From contig JAWMAR010000314.1 in NCBI GenBank assembly GCA_036785375.1, positions 2,666,001 through 2,730,000 of the forward strand: 64,000 nucleotides of DNA, given 5' to 3'. This DNA is from Leucoraja ocellata. Its lineage: Eukaryota. The notes beneath the pieces are model-generated. The model saw nothing but the letters and a program-made list of their open reading frames with translations. It was not told the origin of the DNA and did no database searches. The stretch's first letter is position 1, and the number at the start of each line of letters is the position of its first letter. Made by a program: the position numbers and the translations under genes. Of the stretch, positions 48,869 through 60,215 are shown piece by piece.

Positions 48869-51800
48869 TTACAGGCGACTTATTCTCTGCTCTAACTGCA
48901 CCAGCTGATTGGCCACGTCACTGGGAAGGTCGTTACTGACTTGCTCATTAAAGTATCTCCTGATTTCTCTTATTTCCTCTTCCCAGAACTCCCTCTCGAC
49001 ACTGAAGAGCTCCTCCATGTTCACATTGTTCAGGCCCTCCAGGTTCAGGGCACCGTCAGCGGGGATGAGGCCAAGGGGAGAGAGCTTGGCGCAGTCCTCT
49101 CCCTCGATCCTACGGAACATCCACTCCAGGACCCGCGAGTTCTCACCAAAGCCGGGCCACAGGTAGTTGTTCTGCTTGTCCTTGCGGAACCAGTTGACGT
49201 GGAAGATCTTGGGAAGTCTGCACTGGGGCCTGTGCTCCATGCTGAGCCAGTGCGACAGGTACTTGCCAAAGTTGTACCCGAAGAAAGGCCTCATGGCAAA
49301 AGGGTCGTGCATGATGACCTTACCTGAGGAAGAACGAGAGAGGAGGCGTAAAGAACTGGTACCGAGAGGAGCACGGGAATGACGGGACTAATGGGATGTT
49401 ACTTATGGAAACAAACCCCAGTATGCCACAACATTTGTCCTGGATTCAAATGTTAGGGTAAAGCTCCCTGTCTCACGTTGAACAAAGCTCCATGTTCCTG
49501 GCATACACTTCCCAACATATATTTCAATGTTAGCGCATGTTCTCCTCCAATGTTATTGTGCTCTGTGCCACTACATTATTGTATTTCACGTCCAATTTAA
49601 CTTTTTTAAATTTCTAAATGATTTTACATGTTGCAATGTTACCCTCCTGTACTGCAGACTACTGGATTGTGAATTGACTGTTGCTCACCTTCCGTCTGTC
49701 TGTAACAACAGCGCTACAATACTGTGGTGTTCTCTGTCTGACTGAACTGTACACTGTCATGGGTCTTGCTGTACAGCACGACCCAGTCTCACTGGACTCC
49801 CCACACTCGACTCATTGTACTCCCTGTCCCAGTCTCACTCTTATGCTATCAAAATGTACAAGACCTCCCGCTTCTGTCGTGGGGTAGACAGACTCCCCTC
49901 CTCCTCTCCCCCACCCCCCATCCCCAATCTTTGCACATCCCCAATCTTTTCCACTCGGCACTTTAATTTCATGTTTTCTGTTACATGTATCTTGTATTTA
50001 TGACTGTTGGCAAATCAATTTTCCTCCTGGGATAAATCAAGTTCTATCATATCGTCTCGTACCTTTGTGCTCAGCTGCAGCTGTAGCCTCGGATCTCATG
50101 GCTGCTCCGATGAAAACTCCATGCTGCCAGTTGAACGCTTCATACACCAGAGGGACACCTGGAGGGACAGGTATCAATATGTAATTGTACATATTGGGAA
50201 GAAAATCTACTGCCCTCTAGATTGTAGGATAGGGGAGCTATCAGTAACTGCCCTGCTTATCATAGGGATTGGATAAGTGACACACATCAGTAGCATGCCA
50301 CATTATTATGTGTGAGAACTGTGTAATGACTATAATCTCATGCAGTTCAATTGATTGATTTAAGAGCTTACAATTCCAGCCATTTACTACTTGACTACAG
50401 TAGGGGCTCCTCAGCACATTGAGCAGTGATTCAGCACATTGTCATTAACCCACACACTGACCGTCTAATGCTTGTGAGTGCTCCTTTACAGAATACACGT
50501 CCATACCTCTCGGCCTCCGCCCTCCAAAGATAATTGCTTCAATGGGAACGCCATCGGGAGACTCCCAGTCTGGGTCCATGATTGGGCACTGGCTGGCAGG
50601 AGAGCAGAACCTGGAGTTGGGGTGTGAACAAGGTTCCCCATCTTCTGGTGTCCACCGTTTGTTCCTCCAGGAAGTCACTGTGATGTGGGGAGGAAGGGTT
50701 TCGTCGATTCCTTCCCAGTAAACGCCACCATCACTGGTCTCTGCCACGTTGGTGAAAATGGTGTTCTCATGGATGGTTTTCATAGCGTTTGGGTTGGTTT
50801 TCACGGATGTCCCGGGGGCAACGCCGAAAAAGCCGTTCTCTGGGTTGATTGCCCTCAGGATTCCTGTGGAGAGGAGCAGGAAGATCTTTGTTAACAGGGT
50901 TAACCATTCTCACACCAGGCACAAGGCTCGGAATAAATTGGACAATTTCCTCAATATTTTGTTTCATTTGATTTCAACTGTGGAGAATTGTCAAAACCCA
51001 CAAACCTTGCTCATCAAACTTCATCCAGGCGATGTCATCTCCCACACACTCCACCTTCCAGCCGGGCAGTGTGGGCTTCATCATGGCCATGTTAGTTTTG
51101 CCACAAGCGCTGGGGAACGCGGCAGCAATGTACTTCTTCTGGCCTTTGGGGTTGGTCACACCCATGATCTGTGGAAGGAAGGAAGGGGAGAGGCCGGTCA
51201 GACGCTGGGAGCAAAGCCAGGTTACTGATAATCTGCAGCCGCTGACTAACCCTCCAGCCGTGGCTCCACAAGGAGCAGCCCCCCCCCCCCCCCCCCTCTA
51301 CTCACCAGCATGTGTTCAGCCCCCCCCCCCCCCCTCTACTCACCAGCATGTGTTCAGCCAGCCCCCCCCCCCCCCCTCTACTCACCAGCATGTGTTCAGC
51401 CAGCCCCCTCCCCCTCTACTCACCAGCATGTGTTCAGCCAGCCAGCCCTCGTCCCTGGCCATCCTCGATGCAATGCGCAGGGCAAAGCATTTCTTCCCCA
51501 GCAGCGAGTTGCCGCCGTAGCCACTCCCGTATGAAATGATCTCCATGCGCTGAGGAATGTGGGCGACCAGGACGAGCTCCGGGTTGCAGGCCCAGTTATT
51601 GACCAGTGGCTCTGCAAGCAAGACGGAGATTGTCACCACAGGCCCAATACAAAGTTTCTGCCTCAAAGTGCACAACAACCCCTTCCCCCATCATCCACAC
51701 AGCACAATCCGTTCAAACAGCAGGACCACACTTACTCTTCAGTGGTAGAGGACAGCCCACTGAGTGGAGACACTTCACAAACTGGCCGCTGCCCAGCGCC

Positions 51801-53632
51801 TCCAGCACAGCCGCTCCCATACGAGTCATGATCCTCATGCTGGCTACAACGTAGGGCGAGTCCGTGAGCTGGACGCCAAACTTGCTCAGAGGCGACTCCA
51901 CGGGCCCCATGCTGAACGGGATCAGGTACATCGTACGGCCTGGAGATTCAAAGCAAGGAGGTCAGTCCATGGGCACTGCTGGAGCAGAAGCTCACTGGAG
52001 AATGCCTTATTACCAAAATGTTAAGGAGAGTTTAAATTTTAATTATTGTACCTCTACACTGTCAAATATGGTAGCATTCCTATATATGTACAAGCTACAC
52101 TGTGCAATTTGGCAAAGGTCCCACTAATATGTCCAAAGAGCGTTGGCAGGAAATTTGTTTGCAATGTCTGTGATTGTCAGCTGCAGGGATCCTAACTCCT
52201 CGGTGTAGATCTGGAACCACCTTAGGTAATTTGAGTGTTGGGAGAGGTGGCCAAATGCCAGCGTAACTAGTCAACATAAAAGAGTAGCTGGGAAATATTA
52301 CAGATTGAATCAACGCCTTTTACCTTTCATACACTCTGGGAATCGTGCGGTGAAGGCCTTCTCAAATTCCTTCTCGGACAGCCATCGGCCCAGCTGGCTC
52401 TGTCCGTTCTTCGCTATGGGAACGGTATCCCGCTGTTCAGGGGTCACAATCACCGTTTGACTCTCCACACGAGCAACATCCTTGGGGTCGGTGCGAGCCA
52501 GCCAGCTGGAGGTGATAAAAGGTGATGAGAACGAGAGGTGGTGACTCCTCCTTTAGGTCAGTCACTGCCCACACTGACAGCCTCACTGCCGCACCGTTGC
52601 AATGTTCAGCATTCACAACGACAGCAGAGTTCTGGTACCGACTGGTCAAAGTGCACAGGACAATTCTGTAAAGTCGGAGACTTTATGTTGAATATAATGC
52701 ATGTGTGGTGTAAACTACTAAGGGAGATGGGCAGAGAACTTTATACAACGTGTATTCCATCTAAACCTGTGCATGGTGCTGTGTAGCATCACTGAAATTT
52801 TACTGGAACCATGTTGTGCTTCTTGCTGCAAGGACCAGCCATGCTGACATTTGATATCTGTTTGGCATCAATGAATATTCATTAATGAACTCACATTATC
52901 TTCCATATCACTTTAAAGCTCTGTGCAGGAGCTAGATCTCTACCCATTCTACCATGACAAGTGTGATGATATGAAGGTCTGGGCAGTTCATTAGGGGGTC
53001 TAGCAATCTCAGTGAGACCCAGCAAGGAGCTGGAGAGGTGATAGAAGCACCACACTGGTAGCACAGCGTGCATGCTTCGCACTATGTGTAACATTCGAGC
53101 ATCACGTCTGATATTCAACAGTTAAAGTAAATATGGTATGGCTCAATTTGTTATACACTGCCAAAAAAAACAGTAATAATAATAATAATAATAATAATGT
53201 ATTTTATTGTCATTGCGCATAAGTGCAACGAGATTTGGGTATGCAGCTTCCATCCGACATCATAACTTAAGTAACTACTAAAATTTAGGTTTAGATACCC
53301 CGAGAACATGTTTTGTACAAAGAACATTACAACGGTAAAATAGTAAAAACAGACGAATTAAACAGACTAACAACAATGTTACAAACCACATGGGAGAAAA
53401 CTGCTCACCAGTTCTGGTACTTGTGTAGGCGTTTGATCATTCCTTGTTCCTCCATCAGGGCCAGAATCTGCCTGTTCTCCTCCTCGCTTCCATCACAGAT
53501 GTGGATGTTGGCTGGCTGGCACAGCTTCGCATTTTCTTCCACAAAGTATCTCACACTAGGACTTAACTCGCTCGGATCCCCATAGACCACTTTCACAGCG
53601 CCCAAGGTCTGAGACTGGAACTGGGGTGCCAT
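48869..53632 (-). CDS. PCK1: PEPCK cytosolic [GTP], copy C; complete gene with intact promoter
   Basis: Coding exons 53409-53632, 52324-52505, 51736-51939, 51424-51611, 51006-51168, 50507-50863, 50063-50158, 48869-49323. Total 1869 nt. Exon 2 acceptor at 53662; non-coding exon 1 at ~54138-54232 with a GTAAGT donor. Confidence 0.95.
51295..51440 (-). repeat. Four tandem copies of the exon-5 end/5' splice site/poly-G unit (copy C); likewise at 62355-62483 (copy D)
   Basis: Repeated ctctactcaccagcatgtgttcagcc separated by poly-C on the + strand. Confidence 0.9.
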
Positions 53633-54137
53633 ATCGTCTCCACTAAGAAGATCGTTAGCAACCTGCAAACAACAATGAATGGTTATGACAAACTGTTAAT
53701 GTGAACACGTGAAGAAAATTAAAACATTGCGCACACATTATTATAGAGATTTAAAGTGATATTGTCTCAATGCATGATTGTTGTATGTAGAATAAGTATC
53801 AGACAATGCTAAGAAACACAATAAGTAGTCTCAGTTTGCTTTAAAAGAAAAAAAGGAACACCGCATAGATAGAAATAATAAATAATTCAGTTATTAACAA
53901 AGGTATGCCGCAATAAAAATAACGTTATGAGTCTCAACTGGAAAAAACATCTATTCTCAATAGCAAAACACAAAGTGCTGGAGGAACTAAGTGCATCAGG
54001 CAGCATCTGTGGAGAAATGGATAGATGAGATTTCTGGTCAAAATCCTTCGTCAGACCTTCCTCCAGCACTTGTGTTTGCTCAAGATTCTAACATTTGCAA
54101 TTTCTTGCGTCTTCTATCCTCAGTGAAAATCACTTAC

Positions 54138-54232
54138 TTTGCTTGCTGAATCTGCCTTCCAGTCAGTTTGATTATAGATGTTTTTTTCTTCCAAGCAACC
54201 TTAACTCTGAAGTTCTTCAGGTATCTGATGAT
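54138..54232 (-). other. PCK1: Probable non-coding exon 1 of PCK1 copy C
   Basis: Donor aaa|gtaagtg at 54137; TATA box ~30 nt upstream of the estimated TSS. The TSS position is inferred. Paralogous sequence at 42758-42852. Confidence 0.65.
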
Positions 54233-54240
54233 CTTTCATT

Positions 54241-54580
54241 GGATTGCCTGTGTCTTTAAATACAGAATTAGCCAAGCCCCTCCACCAATCACTCCCAATA
54301 AGGGGGCTTGTCATGTACGTCACTGATAGTGAACCCACCTCACTGAGAACGCAGTTAATACGTAATCCAGACAGAATTTGACAACGGTTGGAACAACCAG
54401 TCATCAATAGGTTTGAAGTGTGCACAAGCTCACGTTTTGACATACTTTAATACATAATCCAGCCAATAACGTCTTTCAGCAAACAGTGATCGATACTTGT
54501 TAAAATGTATCTTTTTCCACCTGTTAAAGCTGAGGTAGGCAAGTTACTGAACATTCTAGTGTCGGACTTTGGACCAACTC
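54241..54580 (-). promoter_or_regulatory. PCK1 proximal promoter (copy C): TATTTAAA box, CRE-like site, CCAAT, HNF1-like and HNF4-like sites
   Basis: Gene-strand TATTTAAA at 54255-54262; TGACGTA/TACGTCA at 54316-54322 (about -90); CCAAT near 54285 on the + strand; gttaatacgtaat at 54354-54366; GGTCCAAAGTCC at 54564-54575. The layout resembles the mammalian PCK1 promoter. Confidence 0.75.
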
Positions 54581-55672
54581 TGAGGCAACTATGTGGATTG
54601 TTTTTTGAACCAGAAAACGCTGATTGCGATTTATGAGATATGTTGTTCCCACAGGAACATTGCAGCAGCTGACCTTCCAATGAGATCTTAGCACAGGCAG
54701 GCACACCTCCGGAGCTGAATTGTTGATTTATGATCACTATTGTTACCTGCTGATAGGCTAGGAGTTGGAGGCTCGAATCAGGCGTAGATTCAATTCACGA
54801 TATCACTTAGGCTCGGAATAGAACAGGGAAGTGGAAGACTTGCGTTTGTATCACATCTATTCGAATCTCAAGGCATCCAAAAGCACTTTGCAGCTGAAGA
54901 GATGCTATCAGAGTGTAGTCAATTTGTCAAATAGGAAGAATCTGTAGCTAATCTGTGCATAGTTGGATTCCATCAACAGCAAAGATAGAATAATCAAATT
55001 ATAAGTGAACAACAACCTGCAGATGGTAGAAATCTGCAATAAAAACAGAAAATGCTCGAAATATTCAGCAGGCCAGGCAGCGTCTGTGGAGAAAGAAGCA
55101 AAGTTAGTGTTTCAGGTCAAAGACCCTTCCTCAGAGCAACCTGGTGTAGCTGAAAAGTAGATAAAAATGGACTCGGACAGGGTGAATACTGCTCTTTCAG
55201 AAAGTGCCACAATGGATCGATCTCTGGAGAGGAAAAAGTACTGGATGTTCATGTTCATTTGCAAGAAGCATTAGGTGACTTTCCTTGGAGTTCACTACTA
55301 CCTCTGATAGAGCAATTTCCCAGGCACGACCTACAAAAATCACGATGGCTGCAACAAACGTAATATTCATTAGTGGGTACTGCATTTAGAATGGTAGCAT
55401 GCACCTCTGCTTGTTTTTGATACACTTTTTCAGTGTAGGGGTTGTCAAAAAACCTGCATACCAAGCAGAAATTTCCTAAAGCTACCTCTCTTTCTAGACT
55501 AGATGGAAGAATTGCTGCTTTGCACAATGTAATTTCTTTCTATGAGTTACAGTAGATGCTATTGCCTGCTTAAAAAAGTCAGTTGTACTCCAGTATCCTA
55601 GAGAGAGATGCTGAGGCATCATTAGCGGAATCACAGTGGAAGGCACCCAGTGGATCTGTCATGAAAGAGTCC

Positions 55673-57077
55673 TAGCAATTATAGACCTGTTAGTTTGACT
55701 TCAGTGGTGGGCAAATTAATGGAAAAGATACTTAGAGATAATATATATAAGCATCTGGATAAACAGGGTCTGATTAGGAACAGTCAACATGGATTTGTGC
55801 CTGGAAGGTCATGTTTGACTAATCTTCTTGAATTTTTTGAAGAGGTTACTAGGGAAATTGACGAGGGTAAAGCAGTGGATGTTGTCTATATGGACTTTAG
55901 TAAGGCCTTTGACAAGGTTCCTCATGGAAGGTTGGTTAAGAAGGTTAAACTGTTGGGTATAAATGCAGGAATAGCAAGATGGATTCAACAGTGGCTGAAT
56001 GGGAGAAGCCAGAGGGTAATGGTGGATGGCTGCTTGTCGGGTTGGAGGCAGGTGACTAGTGGGGTGCCTCAGGGATCTGTGTTGGGTCCTTTGTTGTTTG
56101 TCATGTACATCAATGATCTGGATGAAGGGGTGGTAAATTGGATTAGTAAGTATGCATATGATACCAAGATAGGGGGTGTTGCGGATAATGAAGAGGATTT
56201 CCAAAGTCTACAGAGTGATTTAGGCCATTTGGAAAAATGGGCTGAAAGATGGCAGATGGAGTTTAATGCTGATAAATGTGAGGTGCTACACCTTGGCAGG
56301 ACAAATCAAAATAGGACGTACATGGTAAATGGTAGGGAATTGAAGAATACAGTTGAACAGAGGGATCTGGGAATAACCGTGCATAGTTCCTTGAAGGTGG
56401 AATCTCATATAGATAGGGTGGTAAAGAAAGCTTTTGGTATGCTAGCCTTTATAAATCAGAGCATTGAGTATAGAAGCTGGGATGTAATGTTAAAATTGTA
56501 CAAGGCATTGGTGAGACCAAATCTGGAGTATGGTGTATAATTTTGGTCGCCCAATTATAGGAAGGATGTCAACAAAATAGAGAGAGTACAGAGGAGATTT
56601 ACTAGAATGTTGCCTGGGTTTCAACAACTAAGTTACAGAGATAGGTTGAATAAGTTAGGTCTTTATTCTCTGGAGCGGAAGGTTAAGGGGGGACTTGATA
56701 GAGGTCTTTAAAATGATGAGAGGGATAGACAGAGTTGATGTGGACAAGCTTTTCCCTTTGAGAATAGGGAAGATTCAAACAAGAGGACATGACTTCAGAA
56801 TTAAGGGACAGAAGTTTAGGGGTAACATGAGGGGGAACTTCTTTACTCAGAGAGTGGTAGCGGTGTGGAATGAGCTTCCAGTGGAAGTGGTGGCGGCAGG
56901 TTCGTTGGTATCATTTAAAAATAAATTGGATAGGCATATGGATGAGAAGAGAATGGAGGGTTATGGTATGAGTGCAGGCAGGTGGGACTAAGGGAAAAAA
57001 GTTGTTCGGCACAGACTTGTAGGGCCGAGATGGCCTGTTTCCGTGCTGTAATTGTTTAATGGTTATATGGTTATATG
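55673..57077 (+). mobile_element. CR1 LINE RT fragment, unit 3
   Basis: ORFs 55695-56540 and 56695-56991; YADD mutated to YAYD. Confidence 0.9.
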
Positions 57078-57926
57078 GACAATGACTGGTTAGCTGATCT
57101 GAAGTGCAGGGAGAAACCTGTTACTCATACTATTAGAAACACTCATAAGAGCATATTTCGACTGTTTAAGTGCCTCGTGTGTTATTGTCTATCCAGCTCC
57201 ACCATGTTTGCTAGCAGGCAGCATGGGAGTGGTCCCGGTGTTGATCCAAGATGTTATGGTCGTTATTTGGCCGATCTTGTGGGCAAAATCAGCTTTTGTT
57301 GGGGTTTATTAATTAAATTAGTCCTTCATTGATCACTCGTTCATCCACACGTATTGACCTATTGTCACTAGATGACATGGATTAACCCTGCCATGTAGCA
57401 ACGTCATCATTTGATGTGACTCGTCCAATGGGCCGGACAAGAACCAGCCCCAGTTTCGCAGCTTCTTTACTCAAATGGCCGCCACTGTTTTGAGAGGGCC
57501 ACTGTTAACCCTGTATGCACTTGTGGGTTTGCAGCTGTTGCTCCCAGAAGGTCACTGCTAGTACCCCTGGGGGTGGGGGGGGGGTCATTGATTACCCAGT
57601 ACGTCCGATCGAGAGGTATTAGCAGGAGAGGTGCAGAGCTTAATAACATCTTTTTTTGACCTGGTCTGCTCATCACGACTGCCCTATTTGTGGATTCTCG
57701 CCCAGCAACTTTAGCCATCTTCACTAGTCACATTGTACAGGCCTTACATGATGCAGGGGGATGTTTCCAGTGGGAACTTGTCATGGAAGTACAGTTCACT
57801 GTGGTTTAGAACCTTAGCGATGCCGAAGTAATACTGTCATCTAATCCTCTCCAAGGGAGGCAAGCCCTCGACCTTGACAAAGACTTGTAGTTACTTCTGC
57901 CAATTTAAAAGGATCAGAAATTACTT

Positions 57927-58524
57927 TTGATCCACACAAATCCAGCGCAATGTGAACGTTCTAAACCAGCGCGTTCACAGGAACCCACTAGAAAGCTGAT
58001 TTAAATTGACTTTAATTTACAGCAATTGAACACTAAATTCCTTCCATTTGGCCTATAAATTGATGTAAATGAGATTTAAACATCATGTTTTATTGTGAAT
58101 TATTTGTGAATATTATTTGGACACTTGGGCTATTTAAAAATGTTAATCATTTATTAAGAAATGGATAGATGTTTAGATCTAGTAATTGAAGTTTGAAATT
58201 AGCTACAATTGGGTAACTAACTAATTATATGCTTTAATTTCAGGTCATCCAAGTAAGATTATTTTATATTTGTTTCAGAATGCTTCAATCTATGATAACT
58301 GAAAATGTCATTCAGTTCTCTTAATTTTTTAGAAGGTTATGGGCTTTAGACTGTCCACGATCACAGCTTGTTGTTATGTCCATAGAAAATCAATAGGGAA
58401 CAAGATGCTAATTTCCGAGTATGAAAATGAATTAGGTGTCAAATTAAACTTATTGTTATGCTTTATCTGATGGGATAAATTGCAGACTTGATTTTTTAAA
58501 TCTCAAAATTTTGTAACATTGCTA
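57927..58524. mobile_element. AT-rich insertion unique to unit 3, probably a DNA-transposon fragment
   Basis: Flanked by a 22-bp direct repeat ttaaaaggatcagaaattactt (57905-57926, 58525-58546); absent from units 1 and 2. Confidence 0.55.
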
Positions 58525-60215
58525 TTAAAAGGATCAGAAATTACTTGTGGGTTTGCTGGAGTCAGCCAGAACAGAGCAAGGTGAAATTAGCTGCAGTGAG
58601 GTTATGAGCCACCGTTTCCATAGATGTGCGGGAGCATTTTGCAGGTGAAATCATGAATTGTACACTAACTAAGGGCTTGTACACTAAGGGCTTGTACACT
58701 CTGGAGTTTAGAAGGATGAGAGGGTATCTCATTGAAACATATGAGATTGTTAAGAGCTTGGACACACTAGAGGCAGGAAACATGTTCCCGATGTTGGGGG
58801 AGTTCAGAACCAGGGGCCATAGTTTAAGAATGAGTAAGCCATTTAGAACGGAGATGAGGAAACACTTTTTCTCACAGAGAGTGAAGAGTCTGTGGAATTC
58901 TGTGAAGGCAGGTTCTCTGGATGCTTTCAAGAGAGAGCTAGATAGGGCTTAAAATAGCAGAGTCAGGGGATATGGGGAGAAGACAGGAACGGGGTACTGA
59001 TTGGGGATGATCAACCATGATCACATTGAATGGCGGTGATGGCTCGAAGGGCTGAATGGCCTACTCCTGCAGGAGATGGACTTCCCAATGGATGGAAGAC
59101 AATTGATGAAGCAGAGGAAGATAATTAGGCTGTGTTCACTCCCCAGAGGAACTCCTGCAGTGATGTCCTGGGAAGATGGATCTCCAACAAACACAACGAC
59201 CTTTATTCACGCAAGGTACATCTTCAATCTTTGTGCAACTGGGGCATCTTCACCAAAAAACCCAGCAGTGGGTTAAAGTTGTGGTTCACTATAACCTACT
59301 CCAGGGCAATTAGGGACGGATAATAAATGCTAGTCCTTCCACTGATGCCCATATCCCCCCCCCCCCCCCCCCACCCCCCTAATAATAATAAAAATAGCAC
59401 CCTAGAGAATTATGCAGCGAAATAAAATTCAAAATTTAGAGAACATAACAAAACAGTTTATTTTTTAACACCGCACACTCTACAATCATTTTTTTTTGAA
59501 ACACACTGCATTATAATGCAAGTTCAGTCAAAGTCAGTTGTAGAAAAATAATTTATAGTTTGAACAGATGAACTCTCTATGCTTTCATCAATGATTTGTG
59601 CTTCACTGTCAACCACTGATGATGGGCTGAGTTTCTACATGTGGTATTATCAAAGGTCATTGATCAGTGAGGCAGTGGTATAAGGGTGCTGACTGTACCT
59701 CACCGATAAATTAATGACCACAATTGAACAAAACTAAAATTAGAATTGTCCCGTTAAAAGGACCTTGCTGCCTGCTGTTCACAGGACAGGTCACCTCTCC
59801 CAAAAGTTCCAGCAGGAACATTAATACAGACTCAGAACAGCTCAGAATGGCCGGTTCAAGTCCTGCTTCCTTCATGTGGGCTGCAGATGATTCTCTAACA
59901 TATTCTGAGCCATGGATTCCCACAGCCAGACTCCGCATTCACAGACCTTGTTAATTCATGTTGGCTATGTATTAGAGTACAAAATACAAATAGACATAAG
60001 CAAGAGGTCTACGCTGCTAAATATTATTGTAAATGCCCACTCTAGAAACACTAGTTTTCACCTAAACCTGTTAGTAGACACAGCTCGCTAATATTATTGC
60101 ATGTGTGTGAGAATTTAACTCACAATCATAATAAACACTGATGTTTACCAACTGGAGGCCATTTTGTGGGAAGTGATCATGGCTACTGCCCATAGTCCTG
60201 TTGGCAAGGCCCTGG

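Larger units (their letters stand above)
43896..55672. repeat. Tandem segmental duplication unit 2 (~11.8 kb, contains copy C)
   Basis: Starts at ctagcaattatagacctg after the junction gaaagagtc. Most complete unit. Confidence 0.9.
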
